A DNA stretch of 44,498 nt, counting the filler, from Jimgerdemannia flammicorona (Eukaryota), in NCBI GenBank assembly GCA_003990765.1. It is 2 parts of 2 records of this genome, joined end to end, with 100 filler letters (N's around TTAATTAATTAA, not from the genome) between each part and the next. Parts side by side here need not be neighbours in the genome. Positions count along the whole stretch, not along the records: positions 1 to 22,201 come from RBNJ01001320.1; positions 22,302 to 44,498 come from RBNJ01001321.1. One strand, written 5' to 3'. A program made the translations under genes and the position numbers. A model generated the notes under the pieces. That model ran no database searches, was not told where the DNA came from, and was given only the letters and a program-made list of their open reading frames with translations. Every line of letters begins with the position of its first letter. Position 1 is the first letter of the stretch. Positions 13,727-25,500 of the stretch are shown piece after piece.

Positions 13727-14280
13727 GTTTTGAAAGTGCACTGTGAAGAGGAAAATGTTTAAACGCGTTAAGTCCCAAATAATTGCAGCACGTCCCAAAT
13801 TCAATTTCGGCTAGCTTATCTGGTACCAAAGGACTTAGAGGCAGCCAGAATAGTGAGAGAGAAGAGGCAAGAGAGAATTAGCTGCGGCAGGGTAGCAGGC
13901 GAAAAGATTTTTGGATGACGCAAGCGTACTGGGCCTTTTTAATGTCTTGGGCCTGTGCAGTGATCCCCGCGGCTGGTACCAGCGGACCCCGGTTTCCCTG
14001 GCATACCAAAATTGGAAAGCTTAAAACAGGCGTAGCGTCGCAAACCAAAATACTGCCCTTTTTACCAGTGGAATAAGCACAAACCCCTATCCCAAACCCT
14101 ACCAAACACCTCTCCCCAACACACCCTCTATGTCTTCCCACTTCACCGCCACCAGCTCACTCCCTCAACTGCGCCCATTAGCTCGTCGTTGGCATCAGCA
14201 TCGTCTGCTCCGCCAGGCTCCCAAGTTGACTCCCGAGTCGCCGACTCTTCTTCCTCTGGCCCCCGAGAGTCACTGCCTCC

Positions 14281-14877
14281 ATGGCAGATGAACCTGGTAG
14301 TCCGCCCATGGTCTCATCTCCATCCCCGTCCTCGGTTAGGCTTGCCAAATTGTATGGCGTCGATCTTGACTTGGTACGTTCACGGCCTCCTGTTAATATC
14401 CTCAAGGCAGCTATAGATGAGGTCAACAAACGGTTGCCACCAGGAATTGAGAAGCTACGTAAGGCAAAACGAAAGCTGGATTTGCTGAACAGCCTGTTCG
14501 ACCTCTGCCAAGTTCCTGAATACGAGCGTGATGAGCGACCAGTCTATGTAGATCGCCAACAGCAAGTGGCAAAGGAGTTTGCTGCCATTGATCTTGGATG
14601 GAATGATGCAGAGAGATGGTGGGATAGAGGCTCAGATAAGTCGTTTTCGGATTGTGAATGTCCACGTTGCGAAGGGGAACCATGGCCACCACAAAAGAAA
14701 CAATTTTCCATCGAGGCCACGATAATCCCGGAGCCTGAACCTGAGCCTGAGCGTGTGCCCACCAAGATCGAGCCGCCTGTGCCAACTGAACCATACTCTC
14801 TGCCAAAGGTACCAACAGTGCATAGTGTTGAAGATGCAATCCAACAAGTAAAGGATGGGCTTATTGCAGTGTTCTGA
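14281..14877 (+). CDS. Hypothetical protein, 198 aa (CxCxxC motif, PE repeat), possibly 3'-truncated
   Basis: Intact ORF in the CpG-retaining island; it ends where the decayed Sola-like sequence begins. Confidence 0.55.
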   Translation: MADEPGSPPMVSSPSPSSVRLAKLYGVDLDLVRSRPPVNILKAAIDEVNKRLPPGIEKLRKAKRKLDLLNSLFDLCQVPEYERDERPVYVDRQQQVAKEFAAIDLGWNDAERWWDRGSDKSFSDCECPRCEGEPWPPQKKQFSIEATIIPEPEPEPERVPTKIEPPVPTEPYSLPKVPTVHSVEDAIQQVKDGLIAVF

Positions 14878-16490
14878 GAGAGATATAAGACATCTTTTAA
14901 TGGCCCAACTTAAGACAATAAATGGTAGATCCATAAGTGCTAGTTGCCATCTTAAAAAGAAAGCTCACATTAATAAAAGAACTTTATACTGCTGAGACTG
15001 TAATATATCTCTTTGCCAGAAAACCTATTTAAATATGTTAGGAATTGGTTGTGCTCATTTTGAAAATGTATGAGATCATCTGCTGAAAAATAGCCTTTTA
15101 TCATAGCTCTATGGCAATACCAAAAGAATGTCTCAGTAAAAAACTAAAATGGTAATTGACCAGAATATCACTACTACTATTAAGAATTTTCTTTTGAATT
15201 ATGCTGAAGTTCATGGACTGCCTAGTCTGGTGAGAAATGTTAATTGAATAACTCAATCATTAATCTTTTTATCAGTAGAAATGAGCTTTAAATCTGTTTA
15301 CTGCAACTTTTTAGCTAGCCTGGAAGATAGTACTCTACATGCTCTGAAATATAATACCTTCTGCAAATTGTAGCATCAGCTAACTCTGTATGAGTTCTTG
15401 AACCAACTTATGTGATATCTGTCAATATTTGTAGAATGATTTATAATTTAAAGCTTGTAAAGAAGAAGAGGCTTAAGACTTATTAAAGAGATATAAAGAG
15501 CATCTCACCAAAGCCAAGCTAGAATAAAATTATTATAACAGAAATATCAAATTAGTAAAAGAACAAAGAAAACTTATTTATCAGAATTATTTTATACCGA
15601 AAAGTAAGATATCATTCTGTAGTATTAATATAGTTGCCCAATATAGTTATGACTGAGTCCAAAATATCTATATGCCTCATTCTGATCAACAGATTGACAA
15701 AGTATATTATCTTAGTACTCATAAAGTGTATTTGTTTGAAATCTAAGATAAAGCAGTCTATAAGTAAATTAATTATATTCTTAATGAGAATGAACTACTT
15801 GGAAAGGGTCTAAATGATATACTTAGCCTAGTCTTTGATAGAATTAAGCAATTGAACTAAGGTGAAAGATACTTAAAAATCACTTGCAATAATGTAGATA
15901 GATAAAATAAAAATAATACCACTCTTTGGTTTTATTTATATTTGGTAATTTATAAATATTATGAAAGTATTAAATTGAACTTCATGGTTCCAGGCTATAT
16001 TAAATTTAAATGTGATAGTAGTTTTGATCTGATTAAAAGACTTTATTGCAAAACTATGATAAACTGTATAAATTATATTATCAATATAGTAAAAAGGTCT
16101 AGCATCACCAGATTAAATAAAGTATAGCATTATAATAGAAGCAAAAGTTTTCAATACTTTAACATTCTGAGTAGTTTGGAAATATGTATATATACTTCAA
16201 GAAGTTATCTGATATACAAAAGCTTCAATATTTTCTTTTCACCAAAGTGAATCCAGATGCTGTCAAAGCTTAAGAAATCACCAATAGTCTATTCCAAGAA
16301 TTCAAACTATTAAAAAGTAGTAAATCTGAAACTTCAAAAGTTATAGAAATAATTAAGACCTTCTCATTTCCAGTGCTAGTATCTCCTTTTATAGAATTGA
16401 AATACTAGAAATATCTTTATTACAATATTTGCTCCTTTATATATCTAAGATGAATTTAAAGATATTACTTATCTAAAACCAATTTATACT
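14873..16490 (+). pseudogene. Decayed Sola1-like DDD transposase (DUF7869-type)
   Basis: Recognisable motifs LCQKTYLNMLGIG, FLLNYAEVHGLPS, YSYD(W)VQNI, ITCNNVDR*NKN (decayed DN..GQNKN) and NFMVPGYIKFKCDSSFDLIK (GHTKF.CD.SFG.IK). Confidence 0.75.
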
Positions 16491-16526
16491 ATCAATAAAT
16501 AAAAATATTTACTTTTTTTACTTTTA

Positions 16527-17727
16527 ATTAAGGTTGTTTTTTAATCTTAATTTGAGTTGCAAATTAGCTCTAATTGGGCTTTTAATTCGTTTAATTTTTT
16601 TATCTTTTCTACTTCTGCCTCTAATTCTTTAATCTTATTTAATAATTCTTACTTCTATCTTTTACTTCACTTTTTGGATTTTTCCATAGACTTCTCTTTC
16701 TTCAGCTATTGTCTATTCAGCATTATTTAATTATTCTTATAAGGTGTTTATTTGCTATTCATATCTAGTAGATACTCTTTCTTTATAAGATAAGACTGGA
16801 AGTTCTTTTTTATTACTATTAGAACAATTATAGTAAAAACTCATTCTAGTCTTTAATTGTCAACATTTCTCATATTTAGATAGTTCATCATTTTCAAATT
16901 TTTTCTTATACTCTTTACAAGCACAAGCATTACTAACTATTTTATATATATATGACTTATTTTACTCTGAGTTCTGATTTAATAAACTACTTTATTACTC
17001 TTATTAAAATCAGAGCAAAAGTCACAAGTTGTGCCTTCACCTCATTTCTCTAATTCTAAAACAATATAAAGTAGTTCTTCATACTACTTAATCTTAACTT
17101 CTATTTGAGTAATTATTTCTTAAGTTTGAGACTTAATTTTTTCTATATTTCTATTCCTAAGTATAAGGGCTTATTGGCTAAATTAAGCAGTGTTTTCTGT
17201 ATTTAAATTATTTCTCTTACTTTTCTCAATAATTTTATATTATCTTTTACTTTCTTTTAAAATTTTGAATTTCTCTTTCTTAATTTTCAATTATAATATG
17301 ATTTTGCTAAATGATTTCTGAATTATCTCTAATTTTCTCTTTTAAAGATATTTTCTTTTATTATTATATTCCTTGCTAATTTTGGTAAAAGAGATAAAGT
17401 GAGTTTTGATATCTACTTCCCATTTCTCAATAATTCTCATAATAATCTCATTAAGTTTATCTAATTTACTATTTTTAATTTTCTCTAATAATTCTTATAG
17501 TTCTCCTTTTAACTAATAAACTCTTTTATTTTCTATATCCTCTTCTGTTAATTTAGAATAATCTAATAAAAGTTTCTTAATAGTTTTCTTAAAACTTTCA
17601 TATTTAATTTTAACTTTTGCAATTTATTCAGTAATATCTTTTATTATATCTTCAAAAGAAATACCATGAAGATTATAATAATTTCTAAACTCTTTCCTTT
17701 AGTCTTCTTCAAATAGTTCCTTTTTTA

Positions 17728-17785
<58 letters not shown>

Positions 17786-19141
17786 TTACTTGGCCTTTAC
17801 TATTTATTATCAATCTATTAAATATAAATACAGTACCCTCTCTCACTACCCAATCTTCCTAGAGCCCCCCCTGCACTATATCTTCATACTTAAACACTAC
17901 CTTATCACCCTCTATCCCAACTCTTCCCCTACTCTATCTATAAATTTTCTCTATTAGATAGTATCTCTGATCGCTCTACAGATCCCATCTCAGCCACCAG
18001 TCTATCAAAATGTCCTCCATCAACTCTTCTCACTCAATAGCCACTCTCTCAATCCCAAATACCTCCCTTCCTCAAATACAAATAACTAGTATCTTACTAG
18101 CTCTATCTATATAGCTAAAACTAACTCAAAGTGAGCTACTCCTTTCCAACCCCCTCTACTAATCTATCTCTCAGATCCTCTCATCAATCTCTCTCACTAT
18201 CTTCTCTTCTCACAACACTTAATTGATTCTCAACTACTTATCAAAAGTTACTAAGTATCTCATACTCTCTCAGTTAATATTCTGATGTCTATACAAAACC
18301 CCCTTTCTGTTCTACATTATAATACTCCTTACAGTCAAAGTTACTCTCTCTACTAGATGGTCTGAGTAAAATTTGAGTATAATATTCCTCTATAGTATAT
18401 ACTACCAAATCACCCAGTACTTAGATAGTAGCTATTATCTTATCTCTACACTCTAGGCCCAGATCCCATTCCAGTCTCACTCTTCTCCAATATCTACTAT
18501 CTGCCAACCACTAGACCAAACATCCTATCTCTCTCTGGTACTTGGCCCCATCACTAATATTGAAGTCAATTAGGAGAGTACCCCCTAATAATACTTAATC
18601 CTATCTCTATATTACTGGACCCCAAGGTATCTCTCCTTCAACCCCCTGCTAGTAAATACTAATATAATATATCTTATTAACTACTTTCTATCAAAAGCTC
18701 TTATATTATATAGTTTCTTTTTATCTTATTCTCTTCTAATTATTTTTCAATAATTTTCTTACTTTTCTCTAAATATAAATCTTATAGAGTAGAGAAAATA
18801 TCTTTTTTAGTATCATTTATTTCATTATAGTATTTAAATCAATCATTGTAATATTGAATATATTAATAAAGTAAGCAAATATATCCTTACTGAGAACTTT
18901 CAGTAGGATAATTCTTGCAAAGCCTTGGTCAGTATTCTTCATTATTAATTTGAGCAATTTTATCAACTATTACTAGATCTGAATCATAAGTAATGTATTT
19001 ATCTCCTAAATATTTAATTATCTCTTATTTAATTTCTTTATTATTCAACTGCTTAACTTATAATAGTACTTTTAATTATTTGATTTAGTTTAATAATTCT
19101 TTGCTTCTCTCTTGGAGTTTATTAATTATATTTTTTATCAT
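16527..19141 (-). pseudogene. Decayed, intronless, closely spaced K/E/I/N-rich ORFs of unknown origin, interrupted by a LINE fragment
   Basis: Minus-strand reading MIKNIINKLQERSKELLN... continues across the LINE insertion. Most stops are TAA/TAG at likely Gln positions. Cys motifs CDFC and ACACKE. Confidence 0.5.
17732..18709 (-). mobile_element. 5'-truncated LINE with poly(A) tail
   Basis: Poly(T) at 17730-17783. Homologous to the LINE 3' end at 28573-29500. TSD atagttccttttttatctt (17713-17731) / atagtttctttttatctt (18710-18727). Confidence 0.88.
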
Positions 19142-19751
19142 AAATTTATATTTATTTTTCTTTGATATACTTATATATTCTTTTTATAAGGTTATGTTAA
19201 ATATATAGATTATTTTAGTCAAAACAAAAAACAAAAAATAATAATTATTTTTCTTTAAGATAATTCTGTCAGAATGAAAGAAATACACTAGATTTTAGTA
19301 TTTTATTGATAATAATCTAGTTAAGAGGAATTTATAGTATAAAAATGAAGAAATGTTCTCTGAAAAAAATTATGTTCTGCTCTCAGAAGAGCATTAGACT
19401 ATAGCTCTATTACTTACTATATTATTTTAGTTATTGAATCATTAAAAATTATAAGCAAAGTAATAGTGAAAATAAAATCTTTAAGCCTGATAAATAAGTG
19501 ATATCAAATGTTTTCTTTATCTGATTTTATTATAATATACCCTATATTATATCAGTATAGTTATCATATATTGCATTAATTCAAATAGTTCTTCTAGTTT
19601 AACTATATATTGTGACATCTACAATTGACCCTGTCCAAATTCGGAGTACTCTGTGACCACAAGATCAGATGACATTATGGTGTGATAACTGGTGACCAGC
19701 CCAATCCATCAAGTGATTTCACCAAAAGAAGACAAGATGATCTGAGCCAAA

Positions 19752-20816
19752 ATGAAGACCACGTTATTTAAGGAACCATACTCTGCCTCAGGGATTAGCA
19801 CCAAAGAACCAAGTACTCACCACACAATGCCTCCCATTTGCCGATCCAACCAGACCTCCCACCGCTCTACCCCTTTGTCCGGCCCAAAGACTCTGATCTT
19901 TGAAGCTATCAAGAAGGCCATCTGGCACCCAGATACTTCCGAACACTTGAACTTCTATACCAAGGACCTTGGACACTTCATCAACTACCAGTATATAATG
20001 ACCCAACAGCTCAAAGACACTATCAAACAAATGACCCTCTGGCATGACTACGAAATCAGACACCGTCTTCGTAATGAAACTCAAGAAGATGACCAGGAAG
20101 GCCTTATTACCGAGTTGTTAACCACCAGCCGGCTAATCAAGAGAGCCCTCCATGTCTACCAAATCTTCCACCATATCCCCTGGACTATAGCACACTTACA
20201 AGGAGTGACCACTAGAAGTCTTGCCCGCCTCTCAACTGAAGATGCAGACTGGATAGAATCTGAAGTAGCCAACTCTATTGGCAGCAACTGTGTTGCCGTA
20301 GGAAGTCAACAAACCAAACCTACTCAGCCAGGTTTCCACACCACCCTACTCCGAGACAACTATCAAGGTCATCTAATGAGTCTTATGGAGATATTTGAAG
20401 GACTGCCCATTACCATAAAAGTACCCATTGGAACTACCCCAACCACCCACCACCCTGTCAGCCACAATTCACATCTCATCATTTGGGAACCGAATCAAGA
20501 AGAAGCCCAAGAGGTCCCCATCTTTAAAGAGGAAGCCCAAGAACTCCAAGACCCTGCCCCTGAAGAAACCCCCTCCAATACTAAAACTGACGAGTTTTCA
20601 GAAGAAGAAGAGGAGCAACAGAGAGCCTACCAGTCCTCTGTCCACATTCAAGCTGTTCAAGAGTTGGAGAATGTTGTTGAAGATGACTGGCCACTTTTCT
20701 ACCCCCTTACCTCTTGGCCAGCACTCCCCCCCTTCGAGGAGAGATATGATGAAGAAGAAATCGCAACCCAGCAAGATTTGCCCACCGCAGATGAAGGGTA
20801 CTACTATTCCCTTTAG
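19752..20816 (+). CDS. LTR(U3)-encoded hypothetical protein, 354 aa, acidic C-terminal tail
   Basis: Intact 1065-bp ORF; homologous to 23277-24509 and 37084-37905. Confidence 0.8.
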   Translation: MKTTLFKEPYSASGISTKEPSTHHTMPPICRSNQTSHRSTPLSGPKTLIFEAIKKAIWHPDTSEHLNFYTKDLGHFINYQYIMTQQLKDTIKQMTLWHDYEIRHRLRNETQEDDQEGLITELLTTSRLIKRALHVYQIFHHIPWTIAHLQGVTTRSLARLSTEDADWIESEVANSIGSNCVAVGSQQTKPTQPGFHTTLLRDNYQGHLMSLMEIFEGLPITIKVPIGTTPTTHHPVSHNSHLIIWEPNQEEAQEVPIFKEEAQELQDPAPEETPSNTKTDEFSEEEEEQQRAYQSSVHIQAVQELENVVEDDWPLFYPLTSWPALPPFEERYDEEEIATQQDLPTADEGYYYSL

Positions 20817-20856
20817 AAGCACCACCTGTCAGCCATGATAATTGTGCAGCCTTCAT

Positions 20857-21012
20857 GTCAGCAAGTCAGCAAGTCCAAATCCAGCATTACTATCCAGTGC
20901 CACTATTTTCAGTATTTTGTTAGCAAGTCCGTTTTCAGCATTGCCACCCTCCATAAACCATTTCTGGCAACAATCATTATAGTAAGTCAGCAAGTCCGAA
21001 TCCAGCATTACC
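20857..21012 (+). repeat. Three dispersed ~25-bp direct repeats (GT(C/T)AGCAAGTCC....CAGCATT), enhancer-like
   Basis: Copies at ~20866, ~20918 and ~20986, between the ORF stop and the TATA box. Confidence 0.7.
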
Positions 21013-21231
21013 ACCCACAACATCCATATCCAGCACTAGCACTCATCTTATCCCTATTCGGCACAAACAATTGTCACATCCATTTTCAGCGTTGCTATCC
21101 CCTACAACCCAATCCGTAGTAAACAATAGCCTGTACCTTGCATCATGCAAGCCAATAGCATAGCAAAGTTCGCCACAATGTAGTATACCTTAGCCTTAGT
21201 TGTGCCCCCTCCCCCATAGCTAGCAAACTTG

Positions 21232-21263
21232 TATAAATAACCCATATTCTTAGAGTGAATAAA
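21232..21263 (+). promoter_or_regulatory. LTR-1 TATA box and poly(A) signal
   Basis: TATAAATAACCC followed by AATAAA; matching motifs occur in LTR-2 and LTR-3. Confidence 0.6.
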
Positions 21264-22201
21264 TCTCAGTCAGCTTGTATTTAAAAAGTAAAAAGGATTA
21301 CTGAGAAACCTCACTATCTCCAAGAGACCAGATAAATTCTGAGAACAAGATAACAACCTAGAGCAACAGATTGCTCAGAAGTTTGAGTTAAAGAATTTTC
21401 TCTTGCCATAGAAAGAAAACATTACCCAACTACTGTCATTCGAGACCCAGAAACCCAAGGATTCAAGACCATGACCGCTGCGCATTCAGACTGCCATTCG
21501 GACTGTGCATTCGACCACCATTCAAGATTCAAGACCCGAAAACCCAAGTTACCCAGCCAAAGGATACAAGGCCGCTACCAAAAGACCTGAACAATCGCCA
21601 GGAACCTTTCAAGTTGACTAAGATGGATGAGCGAGCCATCAACCTCCATTTTCTTTCCCTACTGTGCTACGAACTGCTTAAAGCCAAGCCCGTTACCACA
21701 TAAATTCAAGTTCGCTGCCAAGTTAATTGCCACCAGGAGACTTAGCCAGCATAATCGCTGCCCTTTTCCACTAAACAATTGAGCCATCAATGTCCTGAGC
21801 CAACGAACAATCGAACTCCCACAATTACCACATGAATCGAACGACCCGATCACATGACCAATGACCCACGAACATTACCAACGCCTTCAGTTATACATCG
21901 CGCACTTCACCAGTGGCACACATTGAGCTGTGCAGTTGAAGTTCATTATACATAACCAATGCCACATTTTGGGGGCTCAACTGGGAAAGTTTTCAAAAGA
22001 CTTGACCATTTGGCTCAAGAACCCAGCTATCTACAGTAGAGAACTTAGCAGGACCAAGTCAGCAACCAAACCAGGGGCAGCAACAGCCCTCCTCAGCAGA
22101 AAAGAAAGCCCATACCCTTGTCAGAACAGTAGCCAGGACCCTATTCAACAACAGTAGCCAGAAAACCAAATCAGAAGAAAGAAGTGACCCAGATTACGGT
22201 T

Positions 22202-22301
22202 NNNNNNNNNNNNNNNNNNNNNNNNNNNNNNNNNNNNNNNNNNNNTTAATTAATTAANNNNNNNNNNNNNNNNNNNNNNNNNNNNNNNNNNNNNNNNNNN
22301 N
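22202..22301. other. Artificial contig spacer (N44-TTAATTAATTAA-N44)
   Basis: Six-frame stop linker centred in an N run, exactly 100 bp in total. Confidence 0.97.
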
Positions 22302-23123
22302 TTTTTTAATGAACTCAATGTCCCACAGATTTTTATTGGAAGGGAACCTAGACTGTATAGGCCAAAACCCTCCCCCACCACCCACCAAGTACTGCCCCCC
22401 CATTAACCTAGACTAGCTATTGTCTAGTAACTTGACCATACTAGGTGCAGCAGAGCCAAAGGAGGCCTACACCTCATTCTGCGCACCATGCTCTCTCTAC
22501 TACCAGGGGAAACCCAGCCATATGCTAATGTCCAAAAGTGCATGCCCGAGAACCCAACATATATACAAGGCCACACCCAAGCTGAATAGAATAGCCCCTA
22601 CCACCCTAAAGAGAATGACAGGCAGAAGAAAAACTCTCATCAAAGCACAACATGGTGGATAGGGCCTGGTTCTCCCAGTCAAGGTGAGTAAAGGACTTAC
22701 ACATGAGGCAGAAGGAGACCCCCAATATCTCACTACTCAAGTCTGCAGACCTCGATCACATTGCCATATCAGCTCTCGGTTCCAGTTGAGTACAGCCAAG
22801 ATGCCTGAAATGGGTAGCCTCGGGCCCCCCAACCCCCCCTGATGACTGGGGTCCAATCTGCCTGACCACCAAAAGAAGCTGAGAGTGATACCTATCATAT
22901 AACTATGCTGTACCAATTAAAAGGCCCTACCGAAGCAGCATCTACTCCAGCCCCAACAGCTGCCCCTAGCCTGGCACTCTACTGGTCCACCATTATCACT
23001 CTTTCTCTTATCTGTGATGGCCATCTCCCCTCCCATCCTGACAACACCCAAAAAGCAGTCATCTATGCCAGAACTGCGTTTGCTAGGAAGCTTGCCAAAG
23101 CCAGAGAGCCCCACCACAGGCAC
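22302..23123 (-). mobile_element. Probable 3' end of a different LINE family (host of the solo LTR; resumes at ~25193-25260)
   Basis: T-run at 22302 with a minus-strand AATAAA nearby; G-rich minus strand; FCLMCK...HH relic resembling the ORF2 Zn knuckle. Confidence 0.45.
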
Positions 23124-23276
23124 TGTAAGTGCACAACCTCCAAGCCACTGAAATTACACGTCACCCTCTGAACAAGCCACCAAAATTACACGCGACCTCT
23201 GAATAAATCTGGAAATCACTTGCTTGATCATGAAGCTGAGTCAAACCGAAGTCACAGCACACAAAGCTGAGTCAAT

Positions 23277-24509
23277 ATGAAGTCACAGAATACAAGATTT
23301 ATACAAACGGAATCTTACCAATCAGGACCAAATACATATATACTGAGCACCGAGATACATCAAATCAGAGAACCAAAACAAATAATAACCACAACTTCCA
23401 AATACACAAATATGACCACCAAGATCTACAACTGTATCCATACTGATATTTGGAATGCTATTGTCAACCGAGCTACACCCCCTCTGCCCCTCATGAATAT
23501 CCATAGCCTGGCACCCCTCTACTTCGTGGAAGTCCGATGGAATGCTCTGAACATGCTTAGCGAGGCCCACCGAATCGGACAAATCTCAAGCTACTACCAG
23601 ATTGGCCGCCTCCTGGAAGACATAGTTGAACACCACCATGATACAGACATTATGCAGATGTCTCAACACCAGAAGCTCATCACCCGCAAACATCGAGAAC
23701 TCTTCTATGAGTACAATACCTTTATTCCCCACCTCTGAGTCACTACCAGCGAAATAGTTGCTACCCTGTCCTATGGCCAAATCGATGACATGATACAAGA
23801 ACTCAACCACAAGTACCTCGAATATGTCCAGACCACAGACAGAACCTTCCCACACCCTGATGACCATATCCTGCAAATGCCTCAAGTTGGATATGCCATG
23901 AAGGACGTCTATGACATAATCCACTTCGACGAAGATGAAGCAGAAGACAATGATCCCTCTGACGCTGACATGACCTCTAGCCAAGGATCTCTGCCAACCC
24001 TGATCACACCGCCAAACTTGCCGATGAACTTACAACAGTTCATAACAGTATACGAGACTTATTGGGACAATGACCACTGGTATGAATACCAACTCACGTT
24101 CACCCCTGATTACTTCAATTACAATGAAGAGACCGGAGAACACAACCTGTACCTCCAGACAACCCTCGAGATTGAACCAACCACTCCACTACCTGAGTAC
24201 GAGCAATATGAACTACAGCTGCCAGCTTACTACAATCCTGCAACTCATAGTACTGTAACTCATAGAAGGTATGCAGACAGTGAATCTGATGAAAGCGAAG
24301 ACAATATACCCATTCTTTGCCCACCAACACCCTATCCAGCCTACAAGACAGACGATGCTATCCTGTGGGACGGAGATGAAGTCCCAATGTATTACTACCT
24401 CAGCAAACAAGGAGAAGTAATCCACGAACCACTCTTCCTAGACAACTACTTCATCAGAGATGATGCAATCGATGGTGATGTCATTGAAGACTACCCAGAC
24501 AGCGCCTAA
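23277..24509 (+). pseudogene. LTR(U3)-encoded protein, ~410 codons, split by one in-frame TGA
   Basis: ORFs 23277-23738 and 23790-24509 are in the same frame. They are separated only by TGA 23736-23738 (likely CGA>TGA) inside the conserved IPHL*VTT motif. The C-terminus is D/E/Y-rich. Confidence 0.8.
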
Positions 24510-24550
24510 ACCCATAAATAGCCTAGCAGTCATAGTATAGTTAGATTAAC

Positions 24551-24644
24551 CTTGTACGACATGACTGTGAACTGACTCAGCAGTCAGACAATCTCTTGAT
24601 ATATCAGATCACACTTGTACTACGTGACTGCATTCTGACTCAGC
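24551..24644 (+). promoter_or_regulatory. Duplicated ~31-bp enhancer-like repeat, each copy with a TGACTCA (AP-1/Gcn4-type) site
   Basis: CTTGTAC.AC.TGACTG....CTGACTCAGCA occurs twice; sites at 24573 and 24636. Confidence 0.6.
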
Positions 24645-25500
24645 AAGGCACTTAGTGCTACATCCATATTCAGCATAGTCCAGATAGCCCCTCACTAGTA
24701 TAAATACCCCCTCTCCCAGACCTCAGAATCTCAGACTTGAACAATTCGAACACAACTCCTAAGCACTTCCCCACAATATCCCTTCACACAACTACTCCTA
24801 GTATAGAAATATCATGAATAGTGAATAAATCTATTTGATAACCCACAAACTACTCTTAAGTAAATCCACTCCCTGTTAGGTCTTACTCCTAACTCTGTCA
24901 CGAAATTTCCTAATTGGGTATTGTCTGCAGCGATACGCCAATTCAACTAAGCTGGTCTTAGTTTCTTGAACTTCCTGAAATATGGAAAATCCTGAACATC
25001 CAGAACTAGTCCAAAAAAGGACTTTGGTTGAGATGTCAACCCGATCTTGAAATCAATAAGCGTAGAGGACATACTCCATATGAAATTGATCTTGACCATA
25101 AGAAACCAGTCTTCCAGAACATCCAGAATATCTAGAAAACCTTTCCAGAACTACATAATGGTCACTATAAAAAGTAACCCTCTTACAGGTACCAAGGACC
25201 TACAGATAACCTACACTGAGCACTTAATGCCCAAGGTCAGCTGACTCCCTATGTAGCCTGAGACATACCGAGACAGCACCTTGTTGGTGATGACAAAAGG
25301 AAGAAGGCACCAGAAACTATGAAAAAGTGGAGAAGACACTGATCTGATACTGATAAAGGGCCATTGTCCTCCTCCCACCATATCCATGTAGGCACAGCAA
25401 ACTAACTCGAGATAGAGGGGGTAATAATAGGAGAAAGGGGACTCAGAAGGTTGCCTACCAAACCTTGTGACCAGTAAGGTAGTGGAGAAAGAGGTATATG

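Larger units (their letters stand above)
19611..22201 (+). mobile_element. Long LTR (LTR-1), 3' end lost in the assembly gap
   Basis: Abrupt start TGTGAC after AT-rich DNA. Order is ORF, tandem repeats, TATAAATA (21232), AATAAA (21258), as in the other two LTRs. Confidence 0.7.
23124..25187 (+). mobile_element. Solo LTR (LTR-2), 2064 bp
   Basis: TGTAAG...CTTACA termini; 5-bp TSD GGCAC (23119-23123) / GGTAC (25188-25192); TATAAATA at 24699; AATAAA at 24824. Confidence 0.85.

Noticed and set aside
16570..16593. Candidate right TIR of the Sola1 element matching 13759-13778
   Set aside because: Weak match, no TSD, and the sequence reads as a continuation of the minus-strand ORF (KKLNELKAQLE).
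22202..22301. TTAATTAATTAA motif, and apparent tandem arrangement of LTR-1 and LTR-2
   Set aside because: Assembly spacer; adjacency across it is not evidence of biological linkage.
23736..23738. Programmed readthrough or recoding at the single TGA
   Set aside because: CGA>TGA decay is the simpler explanation in this genome, and the LTR-1 homolog has no stop here.
24896..24902. TGTCACG as an alternative LTR boundary
   Set aside because: No matching terminus or TSD; the 23124/25187 boundaries have both.
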